Assembly: GCA_034521815.1 (NCBI GenBank) | Contig: JAXHLW010000001.1 | Location: 64,001-128,000 of the forward strand | Length of the DNA: 64,000 nucleotides | Source: Trueperaceae bacterium | Lineage (GTDB): Bacteria > Deinococcota > Deinococci > Deinococcales > Trueperaceae | Direction: 5' to 3' | Shown: positions 1 to 9,727 of the stretch, piece by piece | Numbering within the stretch: position 1 is the first letter of the stretch | Layout of the letters: each line of letters opens with the position of its first letter | The notes under the pieces: model-generated | Seen by the model: only the letters and a program-made list of their open reading frames with translations | Database searches by the model: none | Told to the model about the DNA's origin: nothing | Program-made: the position numbers and the translations under genes

Positions 1-179
1 CGAACGCGCTCCGCCTCGGCCTCGGCCTCTGCGCGGGCGGTCTCGACCTGGGACCGTGCTTGCCGGCGCGCTTCGTCGAGCCGGGCCTGGGCTTTCGCCT
101 CGGCCTCCTCGACACGTCGTCGCGCCTGCTGCTCGCTCTCGAGGATGTGCTCGAGCGCTGCTTGTGCCGAATTGTGCAT
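1..179 (-). CDS. 5' part of a helical Ala/Glu/Arg-rich protein, probably V/A-type ATP synthase peripheral-stalk subunit G/H (runs off the window edge)
   Basis: Not in the ORF track. Manual translation gives MHNSAQAALEHILESEQQARRRVEEAEAKAQARLDEARRQARSQVETARAEAEAEAERV..., with TACGCT (186-191) 6 nt before the ATG. The pattern resembles subunit G/H coiled coils. Confidence 0.5.
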   Translation of the reverse strand, partial: MHNSAQAALEHILESEQQARRRVEEAEAKAQARLDEARRQARSQVETARAEAEAEAERV

Positions 180-396
180 GCAGCGAGCGTAGGGGGGTGC
201 TCGTGCGACCGACAGTGTGAGATGTCCCGAATCCCGAGCGCATGTTCGGGGTTCCGGGTACGGATGACCCTCGTACCCGACCGCTCGGGTCCGTATGCTG
301 CGGTCGAGCACGACAGACCGGCGCCGCTCGCGGTGTCGACCATGACTCTGCCCGTACGACGCCGGCCCCGCCTCTCGTGGGACCAGGAGGTCCGCT

Positions 397-2805
397 ATGG
401 CGACGGAGTTCGTACGTTGGCTCGAGAATCTGGACAAGGGCGACGTCGCCTCGGTCGGAGGCAAGAACGCCTCGCTGGGCGAGATGATCCAGGCCCTCGC
501 CGAGGAAGGCGTCCGGGTGCCGGGCGGCTTCGCGACCACCGCCGAGGCGTACTGGCGCTTCGTCGACGCCAACGACCTGCGGAGCGAGCTCACCGAGCGG
601 ATCGCAGCGATGCGGTCGAACGACGCGACGCTCGAGCAGGTCGGAAGCCAGATCCGCAAGGCGTTCCTCCACGCCGAGTTCCCGGACGACCTGAGGGACG
701 CGATCCGCGCCGCGTACCGGACGTTGTCCGAGCGCCACGAGGTGGACCACGTCGACGTGGCCGTGAGGAGCAGCGCGACCGCCGAGGACCTGCCGACCGC
801 CAGCTTCGCCGGTCAGCAGGAGACGTTCCTCAACATCGACGGCGAAAAGCAGCTGTTCGACGCCTGCCGCCGCTGCTACGCCTCGCTGTTCACCGATCGC
901 GCGATCAGCTACCGCGAGAGCCAAGGCTTCGAGCACATGGAGGTCGCCCTCTCGATCGGCGTGCAGAAGATGGTGCGCAGCGACCTCGCCTCGTCGGGCG
1001 TGATGTTCACGATCGACACCGAGACCGGCTTCAAGGACATGATCCTGATCAACGCCGCCTGGGGCCTGGGCGAGACGGTCGTGCAAGGCACCGTCGACCC
1101 CGACGAGTACTCGGTGTTCAAGCCGTTGCTGAGCCGGGACGAGCTCGTGCCGATCGTCGGCAAGCACATCGGCTCGAAAGAGCAGAAGATGGTCTACACC
1201 AGCGGCGGGACCGCCGCGACGAAGACCCAGGACACGACCCGGCAGGAGCGCCAGTCGATCGTGCTGGACGACGAGGAGATCGTGCAGCTGGCCCGCTGGG
1301 CCAAGCGGATCGAGGATCACTACGGGATGCCGATGGACCTCGAGTGGGCCAAGGACGGCCAGAGCGGCGAGATGTTCATCGTCCAGGCGCGCCCCGAGAC
1401 GGTCCAGTCCCAGCGCGAGGCCGCCGCGATGAAGCGCTACGAGCTGCTCGAGAGCGGCGGCGAGCCGCTGGTCGAGGGCCTCGCGATCGGCGAGGCGATC
1501 GTGACCGGGCGGGTGCAGGTGATCAAGGGAGCGGACGAGATCGGACGGTTCGAGGACGGCTCGATCCTGGTCACCGGCATGACCGATCCCGACTGGGTGC
1601 CGATCATGAAGCGCGCCGCGGCGATCGTCACCGACCACGGCGGGCGCACCTGTCACGCCGCGATCGTCAGCCGCGAGCTGGGCATCCCCGCGCTGGCCGG
1701 TACCGGCAACGCGACGCAGGTGCTGAAGGACGGCCAGCTGGTCACGGTTTCCTGCGCCGAGGGCGAGCACGGCTTCGTGTACGAAGGCGAGCTGAAGTTC
1801 GAGGAGTCGGAGATCGACCTGTCCGGCCTGAAGGAGCCCTCGACGCGCGTGATGATGAACATCGCCGATCCGACCGCCGCGATGCGCTGGTGGCGGCTGC
1901 CGTGCAAGGGGATCGGCCTGGCCCGCATGGAGTTCATCATCAACAACGCCATCAAGGTGCACCCGATGGCGCTCGTGAACTTTGGCGAGCTCGAGGACCG
2001 CAAGGCGAAGCGTCGCATCACCGAGCTCACGCGCGGCTACGATGACAAGCCGCAGTACTTCGTCGACCACCTCGCGCTGGGGATCGGCAAGATCGCCGCG
2101 TCGCAGTGGCCCGAGCCGGTCATCGTCCGCATGAGCGACTTCAAGACCAACGAGTACGCCGACCTGATCGGCGGCGCGGCGTTCGAGCCGCACGAGGCCA
2201 ACCCGATGCTGGGGTTCCGCGGCGCGTCGCGCTACTACAGCGAGCGCTACGCGGCCGGCTTCGCGCTGGAATGCCGCGCGATCAAGCACGTCCGTGACCG
2301 GATGGGCCTGGACAACGTGGTCGTCATGATCCCGTTCTGCCGCACGCTGGAGGAGGCCGACCGCGTTCTCGAGGTGATGGCCGAGAACGGCTTGCGCCGC
2401 GGCGAGAACGGCCTGTCGGTGTACGTGATGGCCGAGATTCCGTCCAACGTGGTGTTGGCGCGCGAGTTCGCCCAGCGCTTCGACGGCTTCTCGATCGGAA
2501 CGAACGACCTGACCCAGCTGGTGCTGGGCGTGGACCGGGACTCCGAGCTGCTCGCCGGTCTGTTCGACGAGCGCGACGAGGCGGTCAAGCGCTCCATCGC
2601 GTCCCTGATCGAGGATGCGCACGCCGAGGGCACCTCGGTCGGCATCTGCGGGCAGGCCCCCTCCGACCACCCGGACTTCGCGGAGTTCCTGGTGGGGTGC
2701 GGCATCGACTCGATCTCGCTGAACCCCGACAGCGTCATCGACGTGGTCCGTCGCCTGGGCGATCTCGAGGAGAAGGGCGGGCGCGAGAAGGCGGGCGCGG
2801 CCTGA
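397..2805 (+). CDS. ppsA: Phosphoenolpyruvate synthase (pyruvate, water dikinase)
   Basis: VGGKNASLGEM N-terminus, VRSSATAEDLPTASFAGQQETFLN, phospho-His motif GGRTCHAAIVSRELG, C-terminal SIGTNDLTQL; SD AGGAGG upstream. Confidence 0.97.
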   Translation: MATEFVRWLENLDKGDVASVGGKNASLGEMIQALAEEGVRVPGGFATTAEAYWRFVDANDLRSELTERIAAMRSNDATLEQVGSQIRKAFLHAEFPDDLRDAIRAAYRTLSERHEVDHVDVAVRSSATAEDLPTASFAGQQETFLNIDGEKQLFDACRRCYASLFTDRAISYRESQGFEHMEVALSIGVQKMVRSDLASSGVMFTIDTETGFKDMILINAAWGLGETVVQGTVDPDEYSVFKPLLSRDELVPIVGKHIGSKEQKMVYTSGGTAATKTQDTTRQERQSIVLDDEEIVQLARWAKRIEDHYGMPMDLEWAKDGQSGEMFIVQARPETVQSQREAAAMKRYELLESGGEPLVEGLAIGEAIVTGRVQVIKGADEIGRFEDGSILVTGMTDPDWVPIMKRAAAIVTDHGGRTCHAAIVSRELGIPALAGTGNATQVLKDGQLVTVSCAEGEHGFVYEGELKFEESEIDLSGLKEPSTRVMMNIADPTAAMRWWRLPCKGIGLARMEFIINNAIKVHPMALVNFGELEDRKAKRRITELTRGYDDKPQYFVDHLALGIGKIAASQWPEPVIVRMSDFKTNEYADLIGGAAFEPHEANPMLGFRGASRYYSERYAAGFALECRAIKHVRDRMGLDNVVVMIPFCRTLEEADRVLEVMAENGLRRGENGLSVYVMAEIPSNVVLAREFAQRFDGFSIGTNDLTQLVLGVDRDSELLAGLFDERDEAVKRSIASLIEDAHAEGTSVGICGQAPSDHPDFAEFLVGCGIDSISLNPDSVIDVVRRLGDLEEKGGREKAGAA

Positions 2806-2846
2806 CGCCGAAGCGGCGTCGACGCGGCTCTGAACGCACGACGAAC

Positions 2847-2878
2847 GGCCGGTCGCGACCCTCGCGTCGCGACCGGCC
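2847..2878 (+). terminator. Perfect 13-bp GC-rich stem-loop downstream of ppsA (terminator-like, no U-tract)
   Basis: GGCCGGTCGCGAC-cctcgc-GTCGCGACCGGCC. Confidence 0.45.
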
Positions 2879-2912
2879 ACGCAGCGTTCGCGCGGAGCGC
2901 TAGGCTGAGGCC

Positions 2913-3941
2913 ATGAGCCACCAAGCTGCAGATACCCGCTACGACGCCATGACCTACCGCCGCACGGGCGACAGCGGCCTCAAGCTGCCGGCCGTGTCGC
3001 TGGGCCTGTGGCAGACGTTCGGCCACGACACGCCGTTCGACAGCGTGCGCGAGCGCGTCCTGACCGCGTTCGACCTGGGCGTCACCCACATCGACCTCGC
3101 GAACAACTACGGACCCCCGCCCGGATCGGCCGAGGCGAACTTCGGCGAGGTCATGCGGCGCGACCTGGCGCCCTACCGCGACGAGCTGATCGTGAGCACC
3201 AAGGCCGGCTACGGCATGTGGGACGGTCCGTACGGCGAGTGGGGCTCGCGCAAGTACCTCCTCTCGAGCCTGGACCAGAGCCTGGAGCGCATGGGCCTCG
3301 AGTACGTCGACATCTTCTACTCGCACCGCTTCGATCCCGACACGCCGCTGGAGGAGACGATGGGCGCGCTGGCCAGCGCGGTCCACGCCGGCAAGGCGCT
3401 CTACGCCGGGGTGTCGTCGTACTCGGCCGCGAAGACCCGCGAGGCGGAAGCGCTGCTGCGGGAGATGGGCGTGCCGCTCCTGATCCACCAGCCGTCGTAC
3501 TCGATGCTGAACCGTTGGATCGAGGTCGAGCTGCTGGACGCGCTGGGCGAGCTGGGCGTCGGATCGATCGTGTTCTCGCCCCTCGCCCAGGGCCTGCTGA
3601 CCTCGAAGTACTTGGGCGGCGTGCCCGAGGACGCCCGCGTGAACTACGCTCCGAGCTTCAAGCGCGACTTCCTGAACGAGGACACGCTGAGCAAGGTCAG
3701 GGCCCTGAACGAGATGGCCCAGGACCGCGGTCAGTCGCTGGCCCAGATGGCGATCGCCTGGGTCCTGCGCGATCCGCGCGTCACCTCGGCCCTGATCGGC
3801 GCGAGCAGCGTGGATCAGCTGCGCGAGAACGTCGCCGCCCTGGACCGCCTGGACTTCGCGGACGACGAGCTCGCCACGATCGAGCGCTACGCGACCGACA
3901 GCGGCATCAACATCTGGGCGCAGTCCAGCGAGGCGGGCTGA
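2913..3941 (+). CDS. mgrA: Aldo/keto reductase, L-glyceraldehyde-3-phosphate reductase (YghZ/Gpr) type
   Basis: GLKLPAVSLGLW, HIDLANNYGPPPGSAE, STKAGY, YVDIFYSHRFDPDTPLEETM, IHQPSYSMLNRWIE. Confidence 0.9.
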   Translation: MSHQAADTRYDAMTYRRTGDSGLKLPAVSLGLWQTFGHDTPFDSVRERVLTAFDLGVTHIDLANNYGPPPGSAEANFGEVMRRDLAPYRDELIVSTKAGYGMWDGPYGEWGSRKYLLSSLDQSLERMGLEYVDIFYSHRFDPDTPLEETMGALASAVHAGKALYAGVSSYSAAKTREAEALLREMGVPLLIHQPSYSMLNRWIEVELLDALGELGVGSIVFSPLAQGLLTSKYLGGVPEDARVNYAPSFKRDFLNEDTLSKVRALNEMAQDRGQSLAQMAIAWVLRDPRVTSALIGASSVDQLRENVAALDRLDFADDELATIERYATDSGINIWAQSSEAG

Positions 3942-3952
3942 GTGAGGCCGTC

Positions 3953-4945
3953 ATGAACGCACCCGAACGCGCGGACGGTCCCGTCGGCGCATTCCTGCGC
4001 CACCACTTCCGCCACTTCAACGCCGCCACGCTCGTCGACGCCGCCGACGGCTACCGCCGCCACATGGACGACGGCGGCGCGATGATGATCACGCTGGCCG
4101 GCGCGATGAGCACCGCCGAGCTGGGCCTGTCGCTGGCCGAGATGATCCGCCGCGACCAGGTGCAGATCATCACCTGCACGGGCGCGAACCTCGAGGAGGA
4201 CGTGTTCAACCTGATCGCGCACGACTTCTACGAGCGCGTCCCGAACTACCGCGACCTCAGCGCCGAGGACGAGCAGGCGCTGCTGGACCGTCACATGAAC
4301 CGCGTCACCGACACCTGCATCCCCGAAGAGGAGGCGATGCGCCGGCTGGAGCGCGCCTTGGTGGCCGAGTGGACGAACGCCGACGCCGCCGGTGAGCGGT
4401 ACTTCCCGCACGAGTTCCTCTACCGGCTGCTCCGCAGCGGGACGCTCGAGGAGCACTACCAGATCGATCCCGCCGACTCGTGGCTGGTGGCGGCGGCCGA
4501 GAAGGACCTGCCGATCGTCGTGCCGGGGTGGGAGGACTCGACGACGGGGAACATGTTCGCGGCGCACGTGATCGAGGGCGAGATCGCCGACGTTCACACC
4601 GTCAAGACCGGGATCGAGTACATGACCTTCCTGGCCGACTGGTACGCCCGCACCGCCGCCGAGCGCAGCGTCGGTTTCTTCCAGATCGGTGGCGGCATCG
4701 CGGGCGACTTCCCGATCTGCGTGGTGCCGATGCTGCATCAGGACCTGAAGCGCCCAGGCGTCCCGATGTGGGGCTACTTCTGCCAGATCAGCGACTCGAC
4801 CACGAGCTACGGCTCGTACTCCGGCGCGGTGCCCAACGAGAAGATCACCTGGGGCAAGCTGGCGGTCGAGACGCCCAAGTTCGTGATCGAATCCGACGCC
4901 TCGATCGTCGCGCCGCTGCTGTTCGGGCTGGTCCTGGGCGCGTAA
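3953..4945 (+). CDS. Deoxyhypusine synthase-like protein (bacterial; possible homospermidine biosynthesis)
   Basis: C-terminal part of ORF 3008..4945, starting MNAPER; motifs LAGAMSTAELG, CTGANLEEDVF, NRVTDT, YSGAVPNEKITWGK. Confidence 0.88.
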   Translation: MNAPERADGPVGAFLRHHFRHFNAATLVDAADGYRRHMDDGGAMMITLAGAMSTAELGLSLAEMIRRDQVQIITCTGANLEEDVFNLIAHDFYERVPNYRDLSAEDEQALLDRHMNRVTDTCIPEEEAMRRLERALVAEWTNADAAGERYFPHEFLYRLLRSGTLEEHYQIDPADSWLVAAAEKDLPIVVPGWEDSTTGNMFAAHVIEGEIADVHTVKTGIEYMTFLADWYARTAAERSVGFFQIGGGIAGDFPICVVPMLHQDLKRPGVPMWGYFCQISDSTTSYGSYSGAVPNEKITWGKLAVETPKFVIESDASIVAPLLFGLVLGA

Positions 4946-4998
4946 GTCGCCTGGCGAGCTTCGCGAGGGGTCGCCCAGCCGGGACGGTACACTCGTCC

Positions 4999-7173
4999 AT
5001 GCCCGCTGCGAAGCCCACCGGCACCGTCCGCAGGCGCGTCCTTCCCGGACGCGCCGGCGCCGTGTCGCTGGCGGGGATGGTGGTCGCCGGCCTGATGCAG
5101 GTGTTCCGCATCGCCTCGCTGGCCGCGCTGGTGTACGCGGTAGGCGGACCGGAGCTGCGCGCGGACGGCTTGGGGCTGGCGCTGATCGGGACCGCGATCG
5201 CGTCGATCTGGATCGCGTTGCGGTCCTCCGTTCCCGGTGCGCACGCCAGCGCCCAGAGCGTGTCGGTCGCCGTGACGGTGGTCGCCGTTTCCGGCGCGGC
5301 CGGCGCGGTGGGGCCCGAGGCGCTGAACGGCACCGTGCTGGCGGTCGTCGCGGCGTCGGGCGTGGTGACCGGTCTGGTCCTCCTCGTCCTCGGTCTCACC
5401 GGCGCCGCCCGACTGGTGCGGTACCTGCCGCATCCGGTCATCGGCGGGGTGCTGGCCGCCAGCGGCTGGGTGCTGGTCGACAGCGCGATCGCGATGATGT
5501 CGCACGGGATCGCAGGCGGCCCGTTCACGGTCGAGGCTTTGATGCACTGGCTTCCCGGCATCGCGATCGGGGTGTGGCTGTTCGCGTTCTCCCAGGCGGT
5601 TCGGCACCCTCTGGTCGTTCCGGTCAGCCTCGTCGCCGCGATCGCCCTGTTCTTCGGCGTGGCGCGTCTGAACGGCTACGGTCTGGCACGCCTGTACGAG
5701 GGGGGCTGGCTGTTCGGCCCGCTGCCGGACGGTGCGCTCTGGCGCCTCCCGCCGGTGTCGCACTGGATGGAGGCGGATCTAGGGGCGGTGATCGCGCAGG
5801 GGCCGGCGTACGCGACGGTGGCGTTGGTCACCGCCCTCACCGCGCTGTTGTTCACCGGTGGGATGGAGCTGGACCGGGACGTGGACGCCGATCCCGGTCG
5901 CGAGCTACGCGAGACCGGGATCGCCAACCTGCTGGGCGCATCGTTCGCGGGCCTCACGGCCACGGTCTCGCCGACCGGCTCGCGGCTCGCCTCCGCCATG
6001 CGGACGCGCCGCCGGGTCGACGCGGCGGTCACGCCGCTGCTGACGATCGTCGTGCTGGCGCTGGGAGCGCGCGTGATCGGGATCGTGCCGTTGCCGGTCC
6101 TCGGCGGCCTGCTGGTGTACCTCGGTGCCGCCTACCTGAGCGACTGGCTGATCGCCGGTTGGCGCCGGCTGTCGCCGCTGGACATGGTCGTCGTGATCGT
6201 GATCGTCGTCACCGTGGCGGTCTTCGGCCTGCTCGAGGGCGTCGCCGTGGGCCTGGTCGTCACCGTCGCGATGTTCGTCGTCGCGGCGGCACGTACCGAC
6301 GTGGTCGCTGCCGCACGCACGGGACGCGACCTCCGGAGCCGGGTCACCCGCTCGGCCGCCGCGCGCGAGTGGCTGTGGGACGAGGGCGAGCGGACGGCCG
6401 TGTTCCACCTGGGAGGCACGGTGTTCTTCGGTACGGCGGATCGTCTGGTAGCGCGCGCCAAGGAGCGGCTGGCCAGCGAGCCGCTCCCGCGATTCGTGGT
6501 GCTGGACGTGAAGGACGCGGCGACGTTCGACGCCACCGGAGCGTTCGCGGTGATGCGGATCGTCCGCACGGCGGATCGTGTCGGGGCCGAGGTGGTGGTG
6601 GCCGGCGGCGGCCCCCGCCTCCAGCGGACCCTTCGCAAGGCGGGCGCGGAAGCGACGTTCGTGAACGATCTGGATCAGGCGCTGGAGCACTGCGAGGACG
6701 GCTTGCTCGAGGAGGCCGACCTGCTGTCGGACCGCCCCACCTTCGACGACGTCGTGGACGACATCCCGGGCGGCGAGGAGGCCTGGCGTGCCATGCGACC
6801 GTGGTTCGAGGAGGTGCGACTGGGCGAGGGGGAGAGGCTGGTTCGGCAGGGCGATCCGGCCGACTGCTTCTGGATCCTGGCCGAGGGTCGCGTCAGTGCC
6901 GTCCTGGAGCGCAGCGACGGCTCGCGATTGCGGCTCGAGACGCTGGTCCCCGGTCAGGTGCTGGGCGAGCTCGGCTTCGTCGATCCGGCGCCCCGGTCGG
7001 CCGACCTGCTGGCGGACGAGCCGTCGCGCCTCTACCGGATGGACCGGGCGTCGTGGCGGGCGTTGGCGGAGGAGCGACCCGACGCCGCGATCGCGCTCCG
7101 TGACCTGCTGCTACGGCTCGCGGCCGGTCGGGTGCGGCACCTGTCCTCGGCGCTGGCTGCCGCTCGCGGCTGA
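4999..7173 (+). CDS. SulP-family anion transporter with STAS and cyclic-nucleotide-binding domains
   Basis: Many TM segments, RYLPHPVIGG, ELRETGIANL, STAS motif GTVFFGTA, cNMP motifs VRQGDPAD and LGELGF...PRSA; TACACT 5 nt before the ATG. Confidence 0.88.
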   Translation: MPAAKPTGTVRRRVLPGRAGAVSLAGMVVAGLMQVFRIASLAALVYAVGGPELRADGLGLALIGTAIASIWIALRSSVPGAHASAQSVSVAVTVVAVSGAAGAVGPEALNGTVLAVVAASGVVTGLVLLVLGLTGAARLVRYLPHPVIGGVLAASGWVLVDSAIAMMSHGIAGGPFTVEALMHWLPGIAIGVWLFAFSQAVRHPLVVPVSLVAAIALFFGVARLNGYGLARLYEGGWLFGPLPDGALWRLPPVSHWMEADLGAVIAQGPAYATVALVTALTALLFTGGMELDRDVDADPGRELRETGIANLLGASFAGLTATVSPTGSRLASAMRTRRRVDAAVTPLLTIVVLALGARVIGIVPLPVLGGLLVYLGAAYLSDWLIAGWRRLSPLDMVVVIVIVVTVAVFGLLEGVAVGLVVTVAMFVVAAARTDVVAAARTGRDLRSRVTRSAAAREWLWDEGERTAVFHLGGTVFFGTADRLVARAKERLASEPLPRFVVLDVKDAATFDATGAFAVMRIVRTADRVGAEVVVAGGGPRLQRTLRKAGAEATFVNDLDQALEHCEDGLLEEADLLSDRPTFDDVVDDIPGGEEAWRAMRPWFEEVRLGEGERLVRQGDPADCFWILAEGRVSAVLERSDGSRLRLETLVPGQVLGELGFVDPAPRSADLLADEPSRLYRMDRASWRALAEERPDAAIALRDLLLRLAAGRVRHLSSALAAARG

Positions 7174-7201
7174 ACGCGGTATCGCTCGGTCGCCGTCTGG
7201 C

Positions 7202-7708
7202 TCAGTCGCCGTAGCGGACCGCTACGAGCGTTCCGGACCGGTCCTTCCCGGCTACGGAGGCGTGGACCTCGTCGCCGACGCGCCGGTCCAGAACGGCCGC
7301 CGCGATCGGAGCGGTGAACGCCACGAGGCCTTCGAGCGGATCGGCCTCGTCCACGCCGACGATTCGGAAGCTGGACGTCTGCCCGTCGCCGTAGCGCACC
7401 GTGACGGTCGCGCCCAACGTCGCTACGTCCTCGTCGCCGTCGCTGGGAACGACCACGCGGGCGCTGGCCAGGCGATCGTCGAGCTGCTCCAGCACCTCGC
7501 GCAGGACGGTCAGGCGTCGTGCACGGTCGGTGGCGTCCGGGTCGGCCGCCAGCGCCTCGCGCTCGCGGAGTCGGTCGTCGCGCTCGCGCCGGAGAAGCTC
7601 CAGCCCGGCGGGCGTGACGAGGTTCGGAACGCCGTCGGCGAGCGGGGCCCGCTGCGGAACCAGCACGCGCTCCTGGTCGGCGTCGTCTTTGACGAAGGCT
7701 CGGCTCAC
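7202..7708 (-). CDS. GreA/GreB-family elongation factor-like protein
   Basis: MSRAFVK N-terminus, C-terminal Gre domain LGATVTV...FRIVGVDEADP..G.VAFTAPIA. Confidence 0.85.
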   Translation of the reverse strand: MSRAFVKDDADQERVLVPQRAPLADGVPNLVTPAGLELLRRERDDRLREREALAADPDATDRARRLTVLREVLEQLDDRLASARVVVPSDGDEDVATLGATVTVRYGDGQTSSFRIVGVDEADPLEGLVAFTAPIAAAVLDRRVGDEVHASVAGKDRSGTLVAVRYGD

Positions 7709-7854
7709 GGTCGACTCCTTTCGGTGAGGGCCGTCGAACAGCGCAGCTCGCGCCGTGGCCCTGCGGCTACGGCGCGAGCTGCGAAGTGCACGTTCGCGTG
7801 TCGATCGATCGTCGTTCGTGCGAGTGGCTCACGACGGGTGCGAGGGCCGGGCCC

Positions 7855-9108
7855 TCAGCGGCGCCCGCTGCCGCCGCCGCGGCCGTTGCGCCCTTGACTG
7901 CTCGGTCGACCGCCGCCGCCCCGGGCGCCGCCGCGTCCACCGCCGCGATTGCCGCCGCGACTCGGGGTGCTGCGCATCGCGTCGTCGTCGAAGGCGCCGT
8001 AGCCGTCGAGCTTGACGCGCTCGATGCGCATCTTCAGCGCGCCCTCGATGGCGCGGACCTGCTTGCCGTCCTCGCGCGTGATCATCGTCACCGCGTCGCC
8101 GCTGCGCTCGGCGCGGCCGGTCCGGCCGAGGCGGTGCGTGTACGCCTCGACGGTGTCGGGCACGTCGTAGTTGATCACGTGCGAGACGCGCGTGACGTCG
8201 ATGCCGCGGGCCGCGATGTCGGTCGCGATCAGCACGTCGTAGCTGCCGTCACGGAAGCCGTCGAGCGCCTTCTGGCGGCGCGCCTGCGACAGGTTCCCCT
8301 GCAGCGACGCCACCTGGAAGCCCTCGCGGTCGAGCTGCTGGGCCAAGCGCTTGGCGCGGTGCTTGGTGCGGGTGAACACCAGCGCCGAGCGCACCTCGCT
8401 CCGGTCCAACAGGTGCTTGAGCATGCGGGTCTTGTGATCCGCGTCGACGGGGTAGAGCGCATGCTCGACCGTGTCCGCCGGGGCGGTGCGGGCGATCTCG
8501 ACCACGAACGGGTCGTTCAGGACCTCGTCGGCGAGGTGCCGGAGCTCCTTGGGCATGGTCGCGGAGAACAGCAGGCGCTGCGCGTCCGCGGGGACCTGTT
8601 TCACGATCCTGCGCACGTCGGGCAGGAACCCCATGTCGAACATGTGGTCCGCTTCGTCGAGCACCAGAACCTCGACGCCCGACAGGTCGCCGTCGCCGGA
8701 GCGCAGGTGGTCGAGAAGACGGCCGGGGCAGGCGACGATGATCTCCGCGCCGCCGCGAAGCGCCTTCTGCTGGGGCGCCTTGCCGACGCCGCCGTACACG
8801 GTCGCGGAGCGCAGGTTCGTCTTCGAGCCCAGCGTACGGATCTCGTTGTGGATCTGCTCGGCGAGCTCGCGCGTCGGAGCGACCACCAGCGCGCGGATGC
8901 GGCGGCGGGGTCCGTGCACGAGCTTGTTCAGGAGCGGCAGCACGAAGGCGGCCGTCTTGCCGGTGCCGGTCTGGGCGAGGCCCAGCACGTCTCGGCCGGC
9001 GACGGCGTCGGGGAGGGCCTTGCTCTGAATGGGTGTGGGGGTGGTGTACCCCGCGGCGTCGACGCCAGCGCGCACGCGAGCGTCCAGTCCGAAGTTATCG
9101 AACGTCAT
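7855..9108 (-). CDS. rhlE: DEAD-box RNA helicase, RhlE-like
   Basis: Q motif PTPIQ, AQTGTGKT, PTRELA, DEAD, SAT, TDIAARGID, HRLGRTGRA, and a Gly/Arg-rich tail; start MTFDNF after AGGAAGGA. Confidence 0.92.
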   Translation of the reverse strand: MTFDNFGLDARVRAGVDAAGYTTPTPIQSKALPDAVAGRDVLGLAQTGTGKTAAFVLPLLNKLVHGPRRRIRALVVAPTRELAEQIHNEIRTLGSKTNLRSATVYGGVGKAPQQKALRGGAEIIVACPGRLLDHLRSGDGDLSGVEVLVLDEADHMFDMGFLPDVRRIVKQVPADAQRLLFSATMPKELRHLADEVLNDPFVVEIARTAPADTVEHALYPVDADHKTRMLKHLLDRSEVRSALVFTRTKHRAKRLAQQLDREGFQVASLQGNLSQARRQKALDGFRDGSYDVLIATDIAARGIDVTRVSHVINYDVPDTVEAYTHRLGRTGRAERSGDAVTMITREDGKQVRAIEGALKMRIERVKLDGYGAFDDDAMRSTPSRGGNRGGGRGGARGGGGRPSSQGRNGRGGGSGRR

Positions 9109-9255
9109 AATGAGTCCTTCCTGGCTTGCCGACGTCCAGCCAAGTCGCACTCATTGACTGAAAATTTCGAGCGAGCGAGAACATCGTACGTCACAGCGAG
9201 CAGCCCAGAGGGCGTGCTGCGCGACGAGAGAGGTGGTGGCCGCTGAGCGGCCGAC

Positions 9256-9306
9256 GCGTGGCCGACCAAAGCGTGGCCGACCAAAGCGTGGCCGGCCAGA
9301 GCGTGG
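9256..9306. repeat. 15-nt tandem repeat, about 3.4 copies (GCGTGGCCGACCAAA), intergenic
   Basis: gcgtggccgaccaaa gcgtggccgaccaaa gcgtggccggccaga gcgtgg. Confidence 0.85.
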
Positions 9307-9314
9307 TGCATGCA

Positions 9315-9342
9315 GCGAGCCCCGGCGAAAGCCGGGGCTCGC
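9315..9342 (-). terminator. Perfect 12-bp hairpin just downstream of the cold-shock gene
   Basis: GCGAGCCCCGGC-GAAA-GCCGGGGCTCGC, 18 nt after the csp stop; no clear U-tract. Confidence 0.55.
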
Positions 9343-9360
9343 GTACGTACGGGGTGGAGC

Positions 9361-9606
9361 TCAGTACCGGCCGGAGCCGCCGCCGCCACCGCCGGGGGCC
9401 TTTTCGGTGATCGAGACGTTCTGCGCCTGCGGGCCCTTCTGGCCCTGACCGACGTCGAACTCGACCTTGTCGCCCTCATCCAGGCTCTTGTAGCCCTGGC
9501 CCTGGATCGCGCTGAAGTGCACGAACAGGTCGTTTCCGCCGTCGTCCGGCGAGATGAAGCCGTAGCCCTTTTCGTTGCTGAACCACTTGACGTTTCCTGA
9601 TGCCAT
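9361..9606 (-). CDS. Cold-shock protein (CSD) with Gly-rich tail
   Basis: [15 protein letters not shown] (RNP1), DLFVHFSAI (RNP2), KGPQAQNV. Confidence 0.96.
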   Translation of the reverse strand: MASGNVKWFSNEKGYGFISPDDGGNDLFVHFSAIQGQGYKSLDEGDKVEFDVGQGQKGPQAQNVSITEKAPGGGGGGSGRY

Positions 9607-9727
9607 TGTCTTTCCTTACTTGCCCGCCGGTTCCCAGAGGGAGCGTTCACGAGCACATGCGAGAGTCACGAGAGCATGTTTGCCCCCGCCGTTACGAAAA
9701 GGCCTTACGACTTCTTCGGAACGCCGC

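Noticed and set aside
9256..9306. Short repeat arrays as possible CRISPR
   Set aside because: The units are 10-16 nt, contiguous and have no spacers, and there are no cas genes in the window.
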